From Alkalispirochaeta sp. (GTDB lineage: Bacteria; Spirochaetota; Spirochaetia; DSM-27196; Alkalispirochaetaceae), in assembly GCA_965601925.1 (NCBI GenBank), contig OZ271854.1, forward strand, positions 3,712,001-3,776,000: 64,000 bases of DNA, given 5' to 3'. A program made the translations under genes and the position numbers. Shown here piece after piece: positions 47,887 to 58,311 of the stretch. Within the stretch, counting starts at the first letter, position 1. Each line of letters begins with the position of its first letter. The notes below the pieces were generated by a model. The model made no database searches, was not told where the DNA came from, and was given only the letters and a program-made list of their open reading frames with translations.

Positions 47887-49017
47887 CTAACATGCGCACT
47901 GCTGACCGCAACACGACAGGTCATCGAGATACATGCCCCAGTTGCGATACGCTTCCAGCCTCTCCGCCGGCAACATGAGTGAGCTCGCGACGGCTTTTGC
48001 GACGACGGCAAATCGTTGTCGATACTTATAGATAAAGCAGAAGATGTGATTGTTATGGCGAACCGCGGGACCGCAGAGAAACACTCCGGGTACGACGGTG
48101 GATTCATCATGGTCGCCGAGCAGCGGAAACCCATCGTCGCGTTGCTCGAATAAATGTGACACACTTCCGTATCCCCCTTCAAACCCACCCGCCAAGAGCG
48201 GCGGCGTGGCGGTTTGAAAGCAACGCCCGTCTCGGGTAGTAACCTCATACGCCGCGCCGGCGCGCTCGACCGATTCGACCGGCGCGTGTGGAAACAGTTC
48301 GACGTTCTCAACAAAACGCTCTTCACGCATCCGTTGGAGTGAGTAGGTGGACAGGGCGACGCTCGGATCGGAGCTTTCGCTGTCCCAAGGCAAACCCTTG
48401 TCGAACAACCGCGCGCGTTTCCCTCGATTCGCGAGGTTGTAGGCGGCGTCCACGCCACTCTCGTAGCCACCGATGACGACGAAGTCGGTACCTTGGAGAT
48501 CGTTGTAGTTTGAGATCGTTGCAGTGTGGCGACAGAGGTCGCTGCCGGCGAAGCCGTTCAGTCGAGGATATTGGAACTCTCCCGCGGCCCAGATAAGACG
48601 CCGCGCTCGCAAAACTCCGCGGTTCGTATCGATGCGAAAGCCGTACCGAGCCTCCGTTACCCGCCTCACGTCGGTGTGTTGGCGTATGGGTAGCTCAAAG
48701 AACCGTGCGACTGCACGCAGGTACATCGCGTACTCTTTGCCCGTCGGGTGCTCGACTCCTAAAACGTGCGCGGGCGAGCTTCCGATCGCAACCGCATTCA
48801 AATCGAGCATGCCGATCGAGTTGGTCGGAAACGAGGGCGTGATGAAGCGGGTCTCGGCCGGCCATGAAGCGAACGACGCGCCGACCCCGTGACGCTCGAC
48901 GACGACGAAGTTCTCGACACCGGCGTCCTTCAGAGCCACCGCGACACCCACACCCGCGGCACCACCACCGACGATTACCGCGTCGTGGATCTTCCGTCGC
49001 AACGCGGTACCCCTCAT
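47887..49017 (-). CDS. FAD/NAD(P)-dependent oxidoreductase with Cys-rich tail
   Basis: GGGAAG, IGGYESG, CFIYKYR, ends SCCGQQCAC. Confidence 0.85.
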   Translation of the reverse strand: MRGTALRRKIHDAVIVGGGAAGVGVAVALKDAGVENFVVVERHGVGASFASWPAETRFITPSFPTNSIGMLDLNAVAIGSSPAHVLGVEHPTGKEYAMYLRAVARFFELPIRQHTDVRRVTEARYGFRIDTNRGVLRARRLIWAAGEFQYPRLNGFAGSDLCRHTATISNYNDLQGTDFVVIGGYESGVDAAYNLANRGKRARLFDKGLPWDSESSDPSVALSTYSLQRMREERFVENVELFPHAPVESVERAGAAYEVTTRDGRCFQTATPPLLAGGFEGGYGSVSHLFEQRDDGFPLLGDHDESTVVPGVFLCGPAVRHNNHIFCFIYKYRQRFAVVAKAVASSLMLPAERLEAYRNWGMYLDDLSCCGQQCAC

Positions 49018-49084
49018 GTCGACTCCCTGGTCGCGGAGAGTTTTGCGGACGAGTTCCGCAGCGCTCCGGAAGCCCGGTAATCGG

Positions 49085-49270
49085 GGGAGGCCCGGTGCGT
49101 ATCGAGCAGGTAGGTACCGTCACGTCCCATGAGTGCCGGATCGATGTAGACCTCGCTGATGTTGCGCGTGATTACTGCGACTCGCCGACCGTCCCGGTTG
49201 TCGAGCCCGCGACTGAGCAATGGTGTCTTCCCGGCCCCGAGGAGGCCCGACGGACGGAGATGTCGAGGCG
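49085..49270 (-). pseudogene. Decayed N-terminus of a second COG0523 (YciC/ZigA-like) gene
   Basis: SGLLGAGKTPLL...NRDGRRVAVI....SEV.ID. Confidence 0.65.
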
Positions 49271-49575
49271 CGGACCGTTGGAACTGGACCGTCGATTCAG
49301 GATCATTACGGGTATCCCTTGATTCGTTCATAGATCGATCGCGGCGGGTTCTCGCGGTCAAAGGCGGTGGCCCGGGTTGCATCGGCAGTGGTCTCCACAC
49401 ATGTGGCCGGGACTGCTCTACAGGGTGATCACCTCGGCTCCGTGAAAGTCGCCGTAGAGTCAAGGCAGGATCGTAGTAGCAGGCGTAAACGTGGACGCTA
49501 TGTGGGACCGAAAGGCGTATGCAGCCGTCGCGTGTTTTCTCCTTACCGGTTGCGTGATCGCAAGCACGTCTCTCT

Positions 49576-49639
49576 TGCAAGTTGCTTGCACTAACATACA
49601 TGAAACCGGGTTGCACATGCAAGTGACTTTCGATAGAAT
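49576..49639. promoter_or_regulatory. Fur/Zur-type operators and promoter
   Basis: TGCAAG-N3-CTTGCA at 49576; partial copy at 49618 inside TTGCAC-17-TAGAAT. Confidence 0.65.
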
Positions 49640-49674
49640 CGGCTCGTACGCGTTCCCGGCGGCGGAGATCCATT

Positions 49675-50166
49675 ATGAGCATTGTTAAGCACGAAGCACG
49701 AAAGCTGCTGCACGACAGCGCGCTCCGAGCGACAGCGCCGCGGCTCGCGGTGCTCCGCGTACTCGCAGAGGCCCGTAGTCCGCTCTCCTACACCGAGGTG
49801 CTCGATCGCCTCGGCGAGACGGCCTGGGATCCGTCGACGATCTACCGTAATCTCGTGAAGCTCCGAGACGCCCGTGTCGCCTCAGTGGTCAGCCGTGCGG
49901 AGGGCATCGACCGCTATGTGCTCGCCCAACCACAGAGCGACGGCCACCGTCACCCGCACTTCATCTGCGAGGACTGCGGCCGCGTCGCGTGCCTGCCTGC
50001 GGAGCTTGTCGAGTTGATGTCGATGGAGGGTCCCTGGGCCGCCTCGATAAAAGGGGCTGCGGTCGAGCTTCGTGGGGAGTGCCCGGACTGTCTGAGTCGC
50101 ACCGACGGGACCCGACGATCAGTGGCCGCGTCCGAAAGCGAGTCCCGGTGGCTTACGGATGAATGA
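49675..50166 (+). CDS. Fur-family (Zur-like) regulator
   Basis: LRAT.PR, STIYRNL, H.HF.C..CG, G.CPDC. Confidence 0.9.
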   Translation: MSIVKHEARKLLHDSALRATAPRLAVLRVLAEARSPLSYTEVLDRLGETAWDPSTIYRNLVKLRDARVASVVSRAEGIDRYVLAQPQSDGHRHPHFICEDCGRVACLPAELVELMSMEGPWAASIKGAAVELRGECPDCLSRTDGTRRSVAASESESRWLTDE

Positions 50167-50300
50167 TCAGGCGTTGTTCTTCTCGGGAGAGATGGTGATA
50201 CGTCCTCACGCGCGCCAAGTTTCATATAAGAACGTGAGCGCGTGCCGGATCACCGCTCGCCAATGTATTAGCCGGAACCTCACATACGGCAGGATTTCCC

Positions 50301-51152
50301 GTGCACCCGCAAGATGATTCCACCACCGCCGACGGATGGGACGCGCATGCAGCGCAGTACGCGCGCCTCTTCGCGCCCCTTACCGGCCACATCGCTCGCT
50401 CGATGCTGTGTTTGGTGCAGGGTCGTTTACCGTCCGCACCGCGTATCCTCGACATCGCCTGCGGGCCGGGCGATCTCTCCGTTGCCGCAGCGAACCTTTG
50501 CGCCTATCGTGGCGGCGGTTCGGTCCTCGCTACCGATATTTCTCTTGAGATGGTAGCGCTCACCGAGCGAGCATTAGCCTCGATAGACGCCGATACCCGC
50601 TGCGAGGTGCGCGACGGCCAAGCGCTCGCGCCGGACGACGGAGCCTTCGATGCGGCTTTCTCGTGCTTCGGTATCTTTCTCTTCCCGGATCGGCGCGCCG
50701 CGTGGCGGGCGGCAGCCGACGCACTGCAGCCCGGTGGATATCTGGCGACCTCCGTCTGGCGACGACCCGAGTACAATGAACTTTCGCGGGCTCAGATAGA
50801 ACCGCTCATGGCCGCTTTGCCCACGCGCCTGACCGATCCACCTCCGCGACCTCGATGGGCCGAGATCACAACGGCCGACGGCTTGGTGCATGAGGTGACT
50901 CAGTCGGCGCCTGTGGCGGACGCCGAAATTCACGTCATCGACGCGACGCTCGCCTTGCCTACGCCGCGCGCGATGTGGTGCGGTATGGTCGGAAATCCTA
51001 TCACGGGCGCCCTCATTGCTCAGTGCGATCCGGTTGAGCGAGAAACGGTTGAGCGCGCCGTCTTGGCGGCTTTCGAGCGTCGTAGCGGTGGTGCCGACCG
51101 GCCACTACTTCTGGATGCTTCATGCAACGTGCTTGTCGCGCGCCGGGTGTGA
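50301..51152 (+). CDS. Class I SAM-dependent methyltransferase
   Basis: LDIACGPG, FDAAFS.FG, L.PGG. Confidence 0.88.
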   Translation: MHPQDDSTTADGWDAHAAQYARLFAPLTGHIARSMLCLVQGRLPSAPRILDIACGPGDLSVAAANLCAYRGGGSVLATDISLEMVALTERALASIDADTRCEVRDGQALAPDDGAFDAAFSCFGIFLFPDRRAAWRAAADALQPGGYLATSVWRRPEYNELSRAQIEPLMAALPTRLTDPPPRPRWAEITTADGLVHEVTQSAPVADAEIHVIDATLALPTPRAMWCGMVGNPITGALIAQCDPVERETVERAVLAAFERRSGGADRPLLLDASCNVLVARRV

Positions 51153-51456
51153 TCCGATGCTACCGCGAGCCATAAGGACTTCAGCCTCGCTTCTCGCTTC
51201 GCATACTCTAAAACGGCGGAGGAAAATCTCGAGCCGATACCTTCCCTCGGGATACACACGCCGAGTTTTCCATTCTTCGCCCCCCGGACGTCGTACGCAT
51301 CCGACAAAACCCATGCATCGATCACTTTTATCCCGGACGAACGCGGTATCCGCTCCTCGTTGATCGCGGAAAGCACGGCTTCGTCCGTGTAGGATACTCA
51401 TTTTATCTCGGCCGGCCCGTCTATTTCGGTGCCGATTGAATGAGTGAGATATCCCC

Positions 51457-52197
51457 GTGACCGGCGTCCGCGCTGGGCTTGGGAGTTCCGGAACTCACCG
51501 TGTTGTTAGAAGATCGATTGCCCGACATGAAGGTGTCGAAGGATCTGGGGTACACCACCGGTACGTGACGTCGTCCCGCTTCGATGGTTACATTGTGATA
51601 ATTATCGGTACGCACGAAATCCATCCTACTTTTTGCCGCGTCGCCGCCGTCGAGTTGGGTCTCACGGACCACGAGATCACGTACCTATGGTCTTGTGGCG
51701 AATCCCGCCATTTTGCGGGACGAGAACACCTCATACGACCAAACGTTGCACCGGATGGCTTTCATGTCGTGTTGGACGGCGTCGTGCGTGAGTACGTAAT
51801 CGACGACGGCCGTCTCATAACCGTCTACTTTTGCCCGGAGGGTGATCTCACCGGTACCGAAGCGATCATTGCGAGCGACGCCGCGCCGGTGGCCGCGGAG
51901 GCGATTGTGCCGGTAGTTAGTCGTTTTTTTCACCGGTCGCGGATCGACAAGCTGAAACGGACGTTCGCACCGTGGCCCTCGATCGCGCACCGTGTCGCCG
52001 AGCTGTCGTACCTCGCCGTACAGCGTCGCGTTCGACTGCTTCAAACACGACCGGCACGCCGCCGAGTCGAAGCATTTCTTGCGTCGCGGCCGTCGGTTAT
52101 CGCGCGCGTCCCGCAACACTTAGTTGCCGAGTACTTGAACGTCGAGCCGGAGACCTTGTCGCGGATTCGTGCCGCCGCCAACCGTTCTGTGGATTGA
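51457..52197 (+). CDS. Crp/Fnr-family regulator (true start probably downstream)
   Basis: G.VREY, F..EG, RVPQHLVAEYL.V.PETLSRIR. Confidence 0.8.
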   Translation: MTGVRAGLGSSGTHRVVRRSIARHEGVEGSGVHHRYVTSSRFDGYIVIIIGTHEIHPTFCRVAAVELGLTDHEITYLWSCGESRHFAGREHLIRPNVAPDGFHVVLDGVVREYVIDDGRLITVYFCPEGDLTGTEAIIASDAAPVAAEAIVPVVSRFFHRSRIDKLKRTFAPWPSIAHRVAELSYLAVQRRVRLLQTRPARRRVEAFLASRPSVIARVPQHLVAEYLNVEPETLSRIRAAANRSVD

Positions 52198-52229
52198 GAC
52201 CCGACGCGCGCAACCGTTGACAATTATCA

Positions 52230-53687
52230 ATGATCGCTGTGACCCATGCCGCTACCTTGGCGGCTATGTGTCGACTTAAGACGCGCACCAAAGTCGGATA
52301 CGGGATCGGCGAGCTCGGCGTGAGCATGATGTTCACGATGATCGGAACGTTTCTGCTGACCTACCTAACCACAGTCGTCGGGATAACCACCGCAGTTGCC
52401 GGAATCGTCTTAGGTGTCGGAAGGATCTGGGACGTGTTAATGGACCCCATGGTGGGTCATCTGTCGGATCAGACCCGCTCGCGGTGGGGGAGGCGACGCC
52501 CGTGGCTTTTCGGCGGGTCCTGGCTCGCGTTCGGAGCGATCGTATTGATGTTTTCTCCGCCCCCGATCGGGCTGCTCGAGGCACTCGGCATGTCGACTAT
52601 AGCCTGGGTCGTTGTTACCACGTGCCTACTAAACAGCGGGTTCTCCGCGGTCGTCATACCCTACGGCGCATTGACGCCGGAACTCACCGACGACTTCGAA
52701 GAACGTACGTCGGTGAACGGGTGGCGCATGTCGTTTTCGATCGTTGGAACGTTGGTCGGGGCCGGGGCGGTAGTGCAGCTGGTCGGCTGGTTCGGAGGGG
52801 GAGCGTCCGGTTGGCAACGCATGGCGATCGCGGCGGGTGCGATCGCGGCGGCCACCGCATTGACGGCGTTTGCGTCGGTTCGCGAGCGTCCGGCGTCCGT
52901 CTCTCACACCCGAACGGGGGCGTTCCGTTCGTACGCGCACGCGCTCAACCTCAGACCGTTTCTTCTGGTTTTGATTCCATGGACGCTCCACGTAACCGGG
53001 ATCTCTATCATTCAGGCAAACCTCTTGTTCGCATTCACCGCGATCTACGGCAGACCCCATGCGTTTTCGTTTGGATTTCTGGTGCTGTTGGCCGGCGCGA
53101 TCGTTGCGACGCCGGTGTGGGTTCGTCTGGCCGGCCGTGTCGGTAAGCGCGAGGGCTACAACATCGGTATGGTGTTGCTCGCGATCACGATGCTGCTCTT
53201 CTTTCTATTCGGTCCGGGTGAAAGCGTGTTCGCTATGTACATAACGATGTTCGCCGCCGGTTTCGGAGTCGCGGCTAACGACGTGCTTCCCGCCTCGATG
53301 CTACCCGACGTGGTTGAGTACGACTTTGCCGAAAGCGGTGTACGGCGCGAGGGCGTATTCTACAGCCTGTGGTCGCTCGCCGCAAAGCTTGGCCAAGGGG
53401 TCGGCTTGACGATATCGGGATTGATGCTCGGTTGGTTCGGGTTCGTCGAGGGCGCCGACGGTATCTTGCCGGCACAACCGGCACGTGCACTGTTTGGAAT
53501 CCGACTCTTGCTCGGACCGATCGCTGCGTTATTCTTCGTCGCGGGAGCCGTGGTCCTGCGCCACTATCCGATCACCCGCGATGCGTACGCGGCGATTCAA
53601 CACAGAGTTCGGGCCAAGAGGTCGACGGCCGCATCGGGCGGCGGGACCGCTGGCGGCTTTCAGCCCTCGAGGGGAGACAACGTATGA
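52230..53687 (+). CDS. MFS transporter, GPH (MelB-like) family
   Basis: D...DP.VG.LSD.TRSRWGRRRPW, RREG.FY. Confidence 0.92.
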   Translation: MIAVTHAATLAAMCRLKTRTKVGYGIGELGVSMMFTMIGTFLLTYLTTVVGITTAVAGIVLGVGRIWDVLMDPMVGHLSDQTRSRWGRRRPWLFGGSWLAFGAIVLMFSPPPIGLLEALGMSTIAWVVVTTCLLNSGFSAVVIPYGALTPELTDDFEERTSVNGWRMSFSIVGTLVGAGAVVQLVGWFGGGASGWQRMAIAAGAIAAATALTAFASVRERPASVSHTRTGAFRSYAHALNLRPFLLVLIPWTLHVTGISIIQANLLFAFTAIYGRPHAFSFGFLVLLAGAIVATPVWVRLAGRVGKREGYNIGMVLLAITMLLFFLFGPGESVFAMYITMFAAGFGVAANDVLPASMLPDVVEYDFAESGVRREGVFYSLWSLAAKLGQGVGLTISGLMLGWFGFVEGADGILPAQPARALFGIRLLLGPIAALFFVAGAVVLRHYPITRDAYAAIQHRVRAKRSTAASGGGTAGGFQPSRGDNV

Positions 53688-54553
53688 GTTGGGACATTGC
53701 GACGTTGGATACGATCGGTCCTGGGCCGGTGCGCGTCGGTCGGTTCAGCACCGCCGAATCGAACGCAACGGGAGCGACCGTGCTCTTTGTACCGGGGCGA
53801 GGTGACAGTCTTGAGTTACGTACTCCGGTCGCTGAGCAACTAACCACGCGCGGAATGACCGTCGTGATGGCCGAACACCACGGGCAAGGAGGGTCCGGAC
53901 ACCTTGGCGTTCATACCGACGCCGTCCATATCGGCGACTTTGCGATACATCTCGCCGTAGTCGACGCGTTGGTCGACCACATCGAAGGTCCGCTCATCCT
54001 CATGGGACACTCGATGGGAAGCCTGATCGCGACGCACCTTTTAACACGTCGCCCCCATCGATTTCGGGCGGCGATCCTCATCAGTCCGATGTGGGGCTTT
54101 CCCCCGGGTTCACCGGCACGCGTGGTGCGGTTGGTGGCGCGCGGTGCGACGTGGCTCGGGGCGGGGCGCACCTTCGCGGCCGGTGAACGTCCCTTCAATA
54201 TCGAGACGTGTGTCGACATGCGTACGGGCGACGCGGCGGCCGGTAGGCGTTTGGAACACTTCGCCTCCGAACACCGTGACCTGGTGCGCGGAGGGTCCAC
54301 GTGGGGCTGGGCGGCCGCGGCAGCCGACGCGATCGTTGCACTCGACCGGCTGCCGTTGGATGCCGTGTCGTGCCCGGTACTGGTCGTCACATGCAGCGGC
54401 GACACAACCGTTTCACTCAAAGCGCACACGCGCTTCACTCCTCGTTTTGGAGAAGGGCGATTGTTACGGCTCCCGGGGCACCATGACGCGCTCTCGGAGG
54501 GACCGGAGATTACCAGTGTGCTGTGGCACGGTATCGATGCACTGTTAGGTTGA
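53684..54553 (+). CDS. Alpha/beta hydrolase (PldB-like)
   Basis: PGR, GQGGS, GHSMG, D..V, HD. Confidence 0.85.
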   Translation: MSWDIATLDTIGPGPVRVGRFSTAESNATGATVLFVPGRGDSLELRTPVAEQLTTRGMTVVMAEHHGQGGSGHLGVHTDAVHIGDFAIHLAVVDALVDHIEGPLILMGHSMGSLIATHLLTRRPHRFRAAILISPMWGFPPGSPARVVRLVARGATWLGAGRTFAAGERPFNIETCVDMRTGDAAAGRRLEHFASEHRDLVRGGSTWGWAAAAADAIVALDRLPLDAVSCPVLVVTCSGDTTVSLKAHTRFTPRFGEGRLLRLPGHHDALSEGPEITSVLWHGIDALLG

Positions 54554-54967
54554 TGGACGTGAGCCAAGATGAAGCGCACCCCGAGGGAGCGATGATATGA
54601 TTCGTTTTCACCGTCCGGCATCGGTGACGCCGAGTCGCCTACCGCTATCAAGGAGGCTACAGAAATTTCGCTTGAGCCGACGCGTTCTCGACGCCCGTCG
54701 TCGGATAACTCGGCCGGGCCTCGTATCGGCTACGACACACGTCCGAACGCGGTGCACCGTGCACCAAGCACGCCTGTGATGGCTCAGCTCGGCGTCGTAT
54801 TGCGCAACTAAGAACCGAAGCCGTTACGCGACGTGGTACTATGTCGGTGCCCGCCGGCTCGATGTCGCGAGGTCGAAAAGGTGAAGTGCAGAGGCGTGCG
54901 ACGGCGCCGGCATGGGAGGACGGTCGTTGTCGAACGGGTCGTTCGGGCAAGGGACGCAGGACCGATC

Positions 54968-55825
54968 ATGGATCACGCGGAACGGATAAACGCCGCCTTA
55001 CGGTATATCGAGAATCACCTGGGAGACGCCGTCGATTTGGATTCGTTGGCGAGACAGGCGGCGCTGTCGCGCTTTCATTTCGACCGCATATTTCGCGCCC
55101 TTGTCGGACAGTCGCCCATGAAATATCTCCTGAGGCGACGGTTAGCTTTGTCTATCGACAAGCTTTCCAACACATCACTTCGTGTATTGGATATTGCGTT
55201 ACACTGTGGGTTCAACTCGCACGAGTCGTTCGATCGGGCGTTTCGGCGCGAGTTTGGACTTACCCCTTCGGCGCTACGGCATGGGGTCGCACCACCGGAA
55301 ACCCAGCCTCGCGTCATGGTCGGCCCCCTCGACACCAAGCTTTCCGACGGGCGGGTCGTCCCCGATCCACCTATTGTCGACCTTCCCAAGTGTACGATTG
55401 GAGCATACCGGTATCACGGACGAGACACTCAAGCCATCGGCCGCGTATGGGATCTCTTTTGGCAATATGCGAGTGAATCGGACCCCTTTCGAGATAGGTC
55501 CGAGTTCTTCGGCGTGTGTCGGCACGACGTCGAATCCGACGGCGAGCACGGGTTTGACTACTACGCGGGAGCGGTGCTGCATGGAGACCGCAACGTTCCG
55601 AAAGGAATGACGATGACGACACTTCCTTCGTCGTCCTACTTTCTGTTTTCCCATCGAGGAGGGCCCTCGACGATCGGCAACACGTACGAGAAGATCTATG
55701 GTTGGTGGCTGCCCCGTGCCGATCAGATACCAAGCGCGGCCTACGATGTATTGCGTGTCGACTCCAGGTTCCGTGGAGCGGACGACGCCGGAACACTCGA
55801 AATTCTCGTTCCCGTGTGCGTATAA
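54968..55825 (+). CDS. AraC-family regulator with GyrI-like domain
   Basis: SRFHF.RIF, GF.SHESF.RAF, C-terminal IY..WLP. Confidence 0.9.
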   Translation: MDHAERINAALRYIENHLGDAVDLDSLARQAALSRFHFDRIFRALVGQSPMKYLLRRRLALSIDKLSNTSLRVLDIALHCGFNSHESFDRAFRREFGLTPSALRHGVAPPETQPRVMVGPLDTKLSDGRVVPDPPIVDLPKCTIGAYRYHGRDTQAIGRVWDLFWQYASESDPFRDRSEFFGVCRHDVESDGEHGFDYYAGAVLHGDRNVPKGMTMTTLPSSSYFLFSHRGGPSTIGNTYEKIYGWWLPRADQIPSAAYDVLRVDSRFRGADDAGTLEILVPVCV

Positions 55826-55909
55826 AAAAAGCAAAAGCTGTCAAGAACTCTTCACTCGGGTCCCGATATCCTTCAGTCGGTCCACCACATGACAAGGAGG
55901 AGCGGGAGC

Positions 55910-56773
55910 ATGACGGACACGAAAAGGAGGGTCGCACTGGTGACCGGCGCCAGCAGAGGGGTCGGGAGGGGCATCGCACTCGGATTAGGCGAGGCCGGTT
56001 TCTCGGTGTACGTGACCGGTAGGACCTTGATCGCCGACGGCTCGGAGGGCATTCCCGGATCACTTGAGCGGACCGTTTCGGAGATCGCGGAGTTGGGCGG
56101 TATCGGCGTAGCCGTCAGGTGTGATCACACCGACGACCGACACGTTACGAACCTTTTTGGACGAATCGAACGCGAGTCCGGGCGGCTGGATCTTCTGGTA
56201 AACGCCGCTTGGGGCGGGTACGAGCACATGTTCGACAGCGGGGAAGGGTACATCTGGGAGCGACCGTTTTGGCGGCAGAACTCGGCGCAGTGGGACGGGA
56301 TGTTCGACGCGGGTGTGCGGGCGGCGTATGTAGCCAGCTCGCTGGCGGCGAAACGAATGACTCGAAGTCGCAGCGGCATCATTCTCAACCTCTCACACCC
56401 AGCTGCTCGGACACCCAGCGCGAATGTCGCATACGGCGTATCCAAGGCGGCGACGGACAAGCTGACCGAGGAGTGTGCGAGACATCTACACCCCTTTACC
56501 GTGGCGGTGCTTTCCCTCTATCCGGGACTGGTACGAACCGAACGCGTTATGCTCGCCGCTCAGGCGCTCGATCTCACGAACTCTGAGTCGCCGCAGTTCG
56601 TCGGGAGGGTCGTGGCCGCACTGGCCGGGGATCCGCGGGTGATGGAAAAAAGCGGTAAGGCTCACGTTATCGCTCACCTCGCGCGCGAGTACGGTGTTTT
56701 GGACACCGATGGATCCGGTCCGTCGCCGGTATTCGACGTGACCGGGCAACGTTCAGACAGTCGCGACAACTGA
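55910..56773 (+). CDS. SDR oxidoreductase
   Basis: TGASRGVG, YGVSK. Confidence 0.9.
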   Translation: MTDTKRRVALVTGASRGVGRGIALGLGEAGFSVYVTGRTLIADGSEGIPGSLERTVSEIAELGGIGVAVRCDHTDDRHVTNLFGRIERESGRLDLLVNAAWGGYEHMFDSGEGYIWERPFWRQNSAQWDGMFDAGVRAAYVASSLAAKRMTRSRSGIILNLSHPAARTPSANVAYGVSKAATDKLTEECARHLHPFTVAVLSLYPGLVRTERVMLAAQALDLTNSESPQFVGRVVAALAGDPRVMEKSGKAHVIAHLAREYGVLDTDGSGPSPVFDVTGQRSDSRDN

Positions 56774-56964
56774 AGCTCGCAGTGCTTTTTGCGGCGCCGC
56801 ACATCGCACGCATCGGGCCGCCGTCGTCACGTAGCGATTTTCGCGCGGTTGAGGTTACCAAAAGCGGGTGTTTCGCCGTCGTCGTGCCGGAACGCCGCGT
56901 GGAGCGCCGACGCCGGTGCGCGAGATCGGGTGCGACGCGAACTGAGTTCAAGAGTACTGAGATA

Positions 56965-57840
56965 TCATCTATCCAAAAATTCGATATGGAGTCGTTGTAA
57001 GCGCTTCCGATCGGCAATCAACTCAATATCGACGATACGATCATCTCGAAAGGTGAAGCTGAAGGCGACGCGAAGCTTCCCGTTGGGAGCCCATGCCGCC
57101 GCTGCGACGCCGTTTATCGTCGCGCGGCGCGCATCATCGGCGCCCCCATTAAAGAAGTCGGCCACATTTGTACCGCCCGCGATCTCCTTCGGCGCTCCGA
57201 TCAAGGCGGCAAACTCGTCGGCCCGGAGGCGACATTCGGGATGCAGCACGCCGAGGAGTGTCTCGAGATCACCTTCGCGTGCCGCTTTGAGAAAAGCGTC
57301 GACGAGTCGTCGGTCCTGCCGTTGTCCGGTATCCGTTTTGTCGGCGAGCGCGCCGCGAAGGCGGCGACGGGCTCTGCTTGCAAGCTGTCGGGACGCCGTA
57401 GCCGTGCATCCGATGATGGCGGCAATCTCCTTGAAGGGCACGCCGAACATATCGTGCAGTACCAAAGCGACGCGCTCCGACGGACTGAGTGTGTCGAGCA
57501 CGATCAGGAGCGCCGGGCCGATTGAGTCTGCAAGAATTGCCGCCTCCTCGGGGTCGGCCGTGTCGGCATCGACCATTCGGTCGGATCCGCGTAGGTCTAA
57601 CGACTCCTCCCGTCGTGTCGTGCGCGAGCGGAGCATATCCAGGCAGATACGCGCCACCACCGTTGTGAGCCAGCCCGCGAGGTTGTCGATTCTCTCGGCA
57701 TCGATTCGGCTCAGACGAAGCCAGGTCTCCTGTACCGCATCATCGGCGTCCGCTTCGGAGCCGAGCATCCGAAACGCGATCTTCCTAAGACGGGGCCGAC
57801 TCTCTTCGAAACGCTGGGCCAGTCGGTGTTGCTCGTCCAC
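56965..57840 (-). CDS. ECF sigma factor, SigJ/ECF41-like with SnoaL extension
   Basis: A.RMLGS..DADDAVQE.WLR, ER...VLHD.F, RQLASRARR, INGV. Confidence 0.9.
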   Translation of the reverse strand: MDEQHRLAQRFEESRPRLRKIAFRMLGSEADADDAVQETWLRLSRIDAERIDNLAGWLTTVVARICLDMLRSRTTRREESLDLRGSDRMVDADTADPEEAAILADSIGPALLIVLDTLSPSERVALVLHDMFGVPFKEIAAIIGCTATASRQLASRARRRLRGALADKTDTGQRQDRRLVDAFLKAAREGDLETLLGVLHPECRLRADEFAALIGAPKEIAGGTNVADFFNGGADDARRATINGVAAAAWAPNGKLRVAFSFTFRDDRIVDIELIADRKRLQRLHIEFLDR

Positions 57841-57901
57841 CTATCGTACTCCTCTCGTTCGTTCCGGTATGGGGAGTCGCACGCCGAGGCGGGATTGACT
57901 C

Positions 57902-58237
57902 TCACCGCGCCTCGGCGACGGCGCCTGCCGCCGCGCGGAACGACGCGCGAAAGATACGGATCCCCCACAGGATGCTCCATCCCCAGACTGCAAAGATGAG
58001 AGGGGCGGGCCAGGAGACCGCCGAGGTGTAGACGAGCGCGACCGCGCCGAGATCGGCCGCGACGTGAGCAACGCCCACGCTAAGAGTGCCGTAGTGCTTC
58101 GCCTTGATACCGATGAGGACGCTGCCGAGTCCCGCGACGGGTACGATATTGAGTACGAGACCCGCAATGCCCCACGGGAGGCGCGGAACGGACGGTACGG
58201 CAAAAAAGCGTGCTGTGCCGTATAGCATATTGACCAT
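57902..58237 (-). CDS. Small membrane protein
   Basis: Three hydrophobic segments; AAGGAGA RBS. Confidence 0.65.
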   Translation of the reverse strand: MVNMLYGTARFFAVPSVPRLPWGIAGLVLNIVPVAGLGSVLIGIKAKHYGTLSVGVAHVAADLGAVALVYTSAVSWPAPLIFAVWGWSILWGIRIFRASFRAAAGAVAEAR

Positions 58238-58247
58238 ACTCTCTCCT

Positions 58248-58310
58248 TGTCACGATACATTGATTTGGTTCGTCACTCTATATGACGAATAAACAGCGAG
58301 GAGTGTGACC
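58248..58310. promoter_or_regulatory. Two opposed ECF41-type promoters
   Basis: TGTCACG-16-CGTC (+, 58248-58274) and GGTCACA-16-CGTC (-, 58310-58284). Confidence 0.7.
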
Positions 58311-58311
58311 G

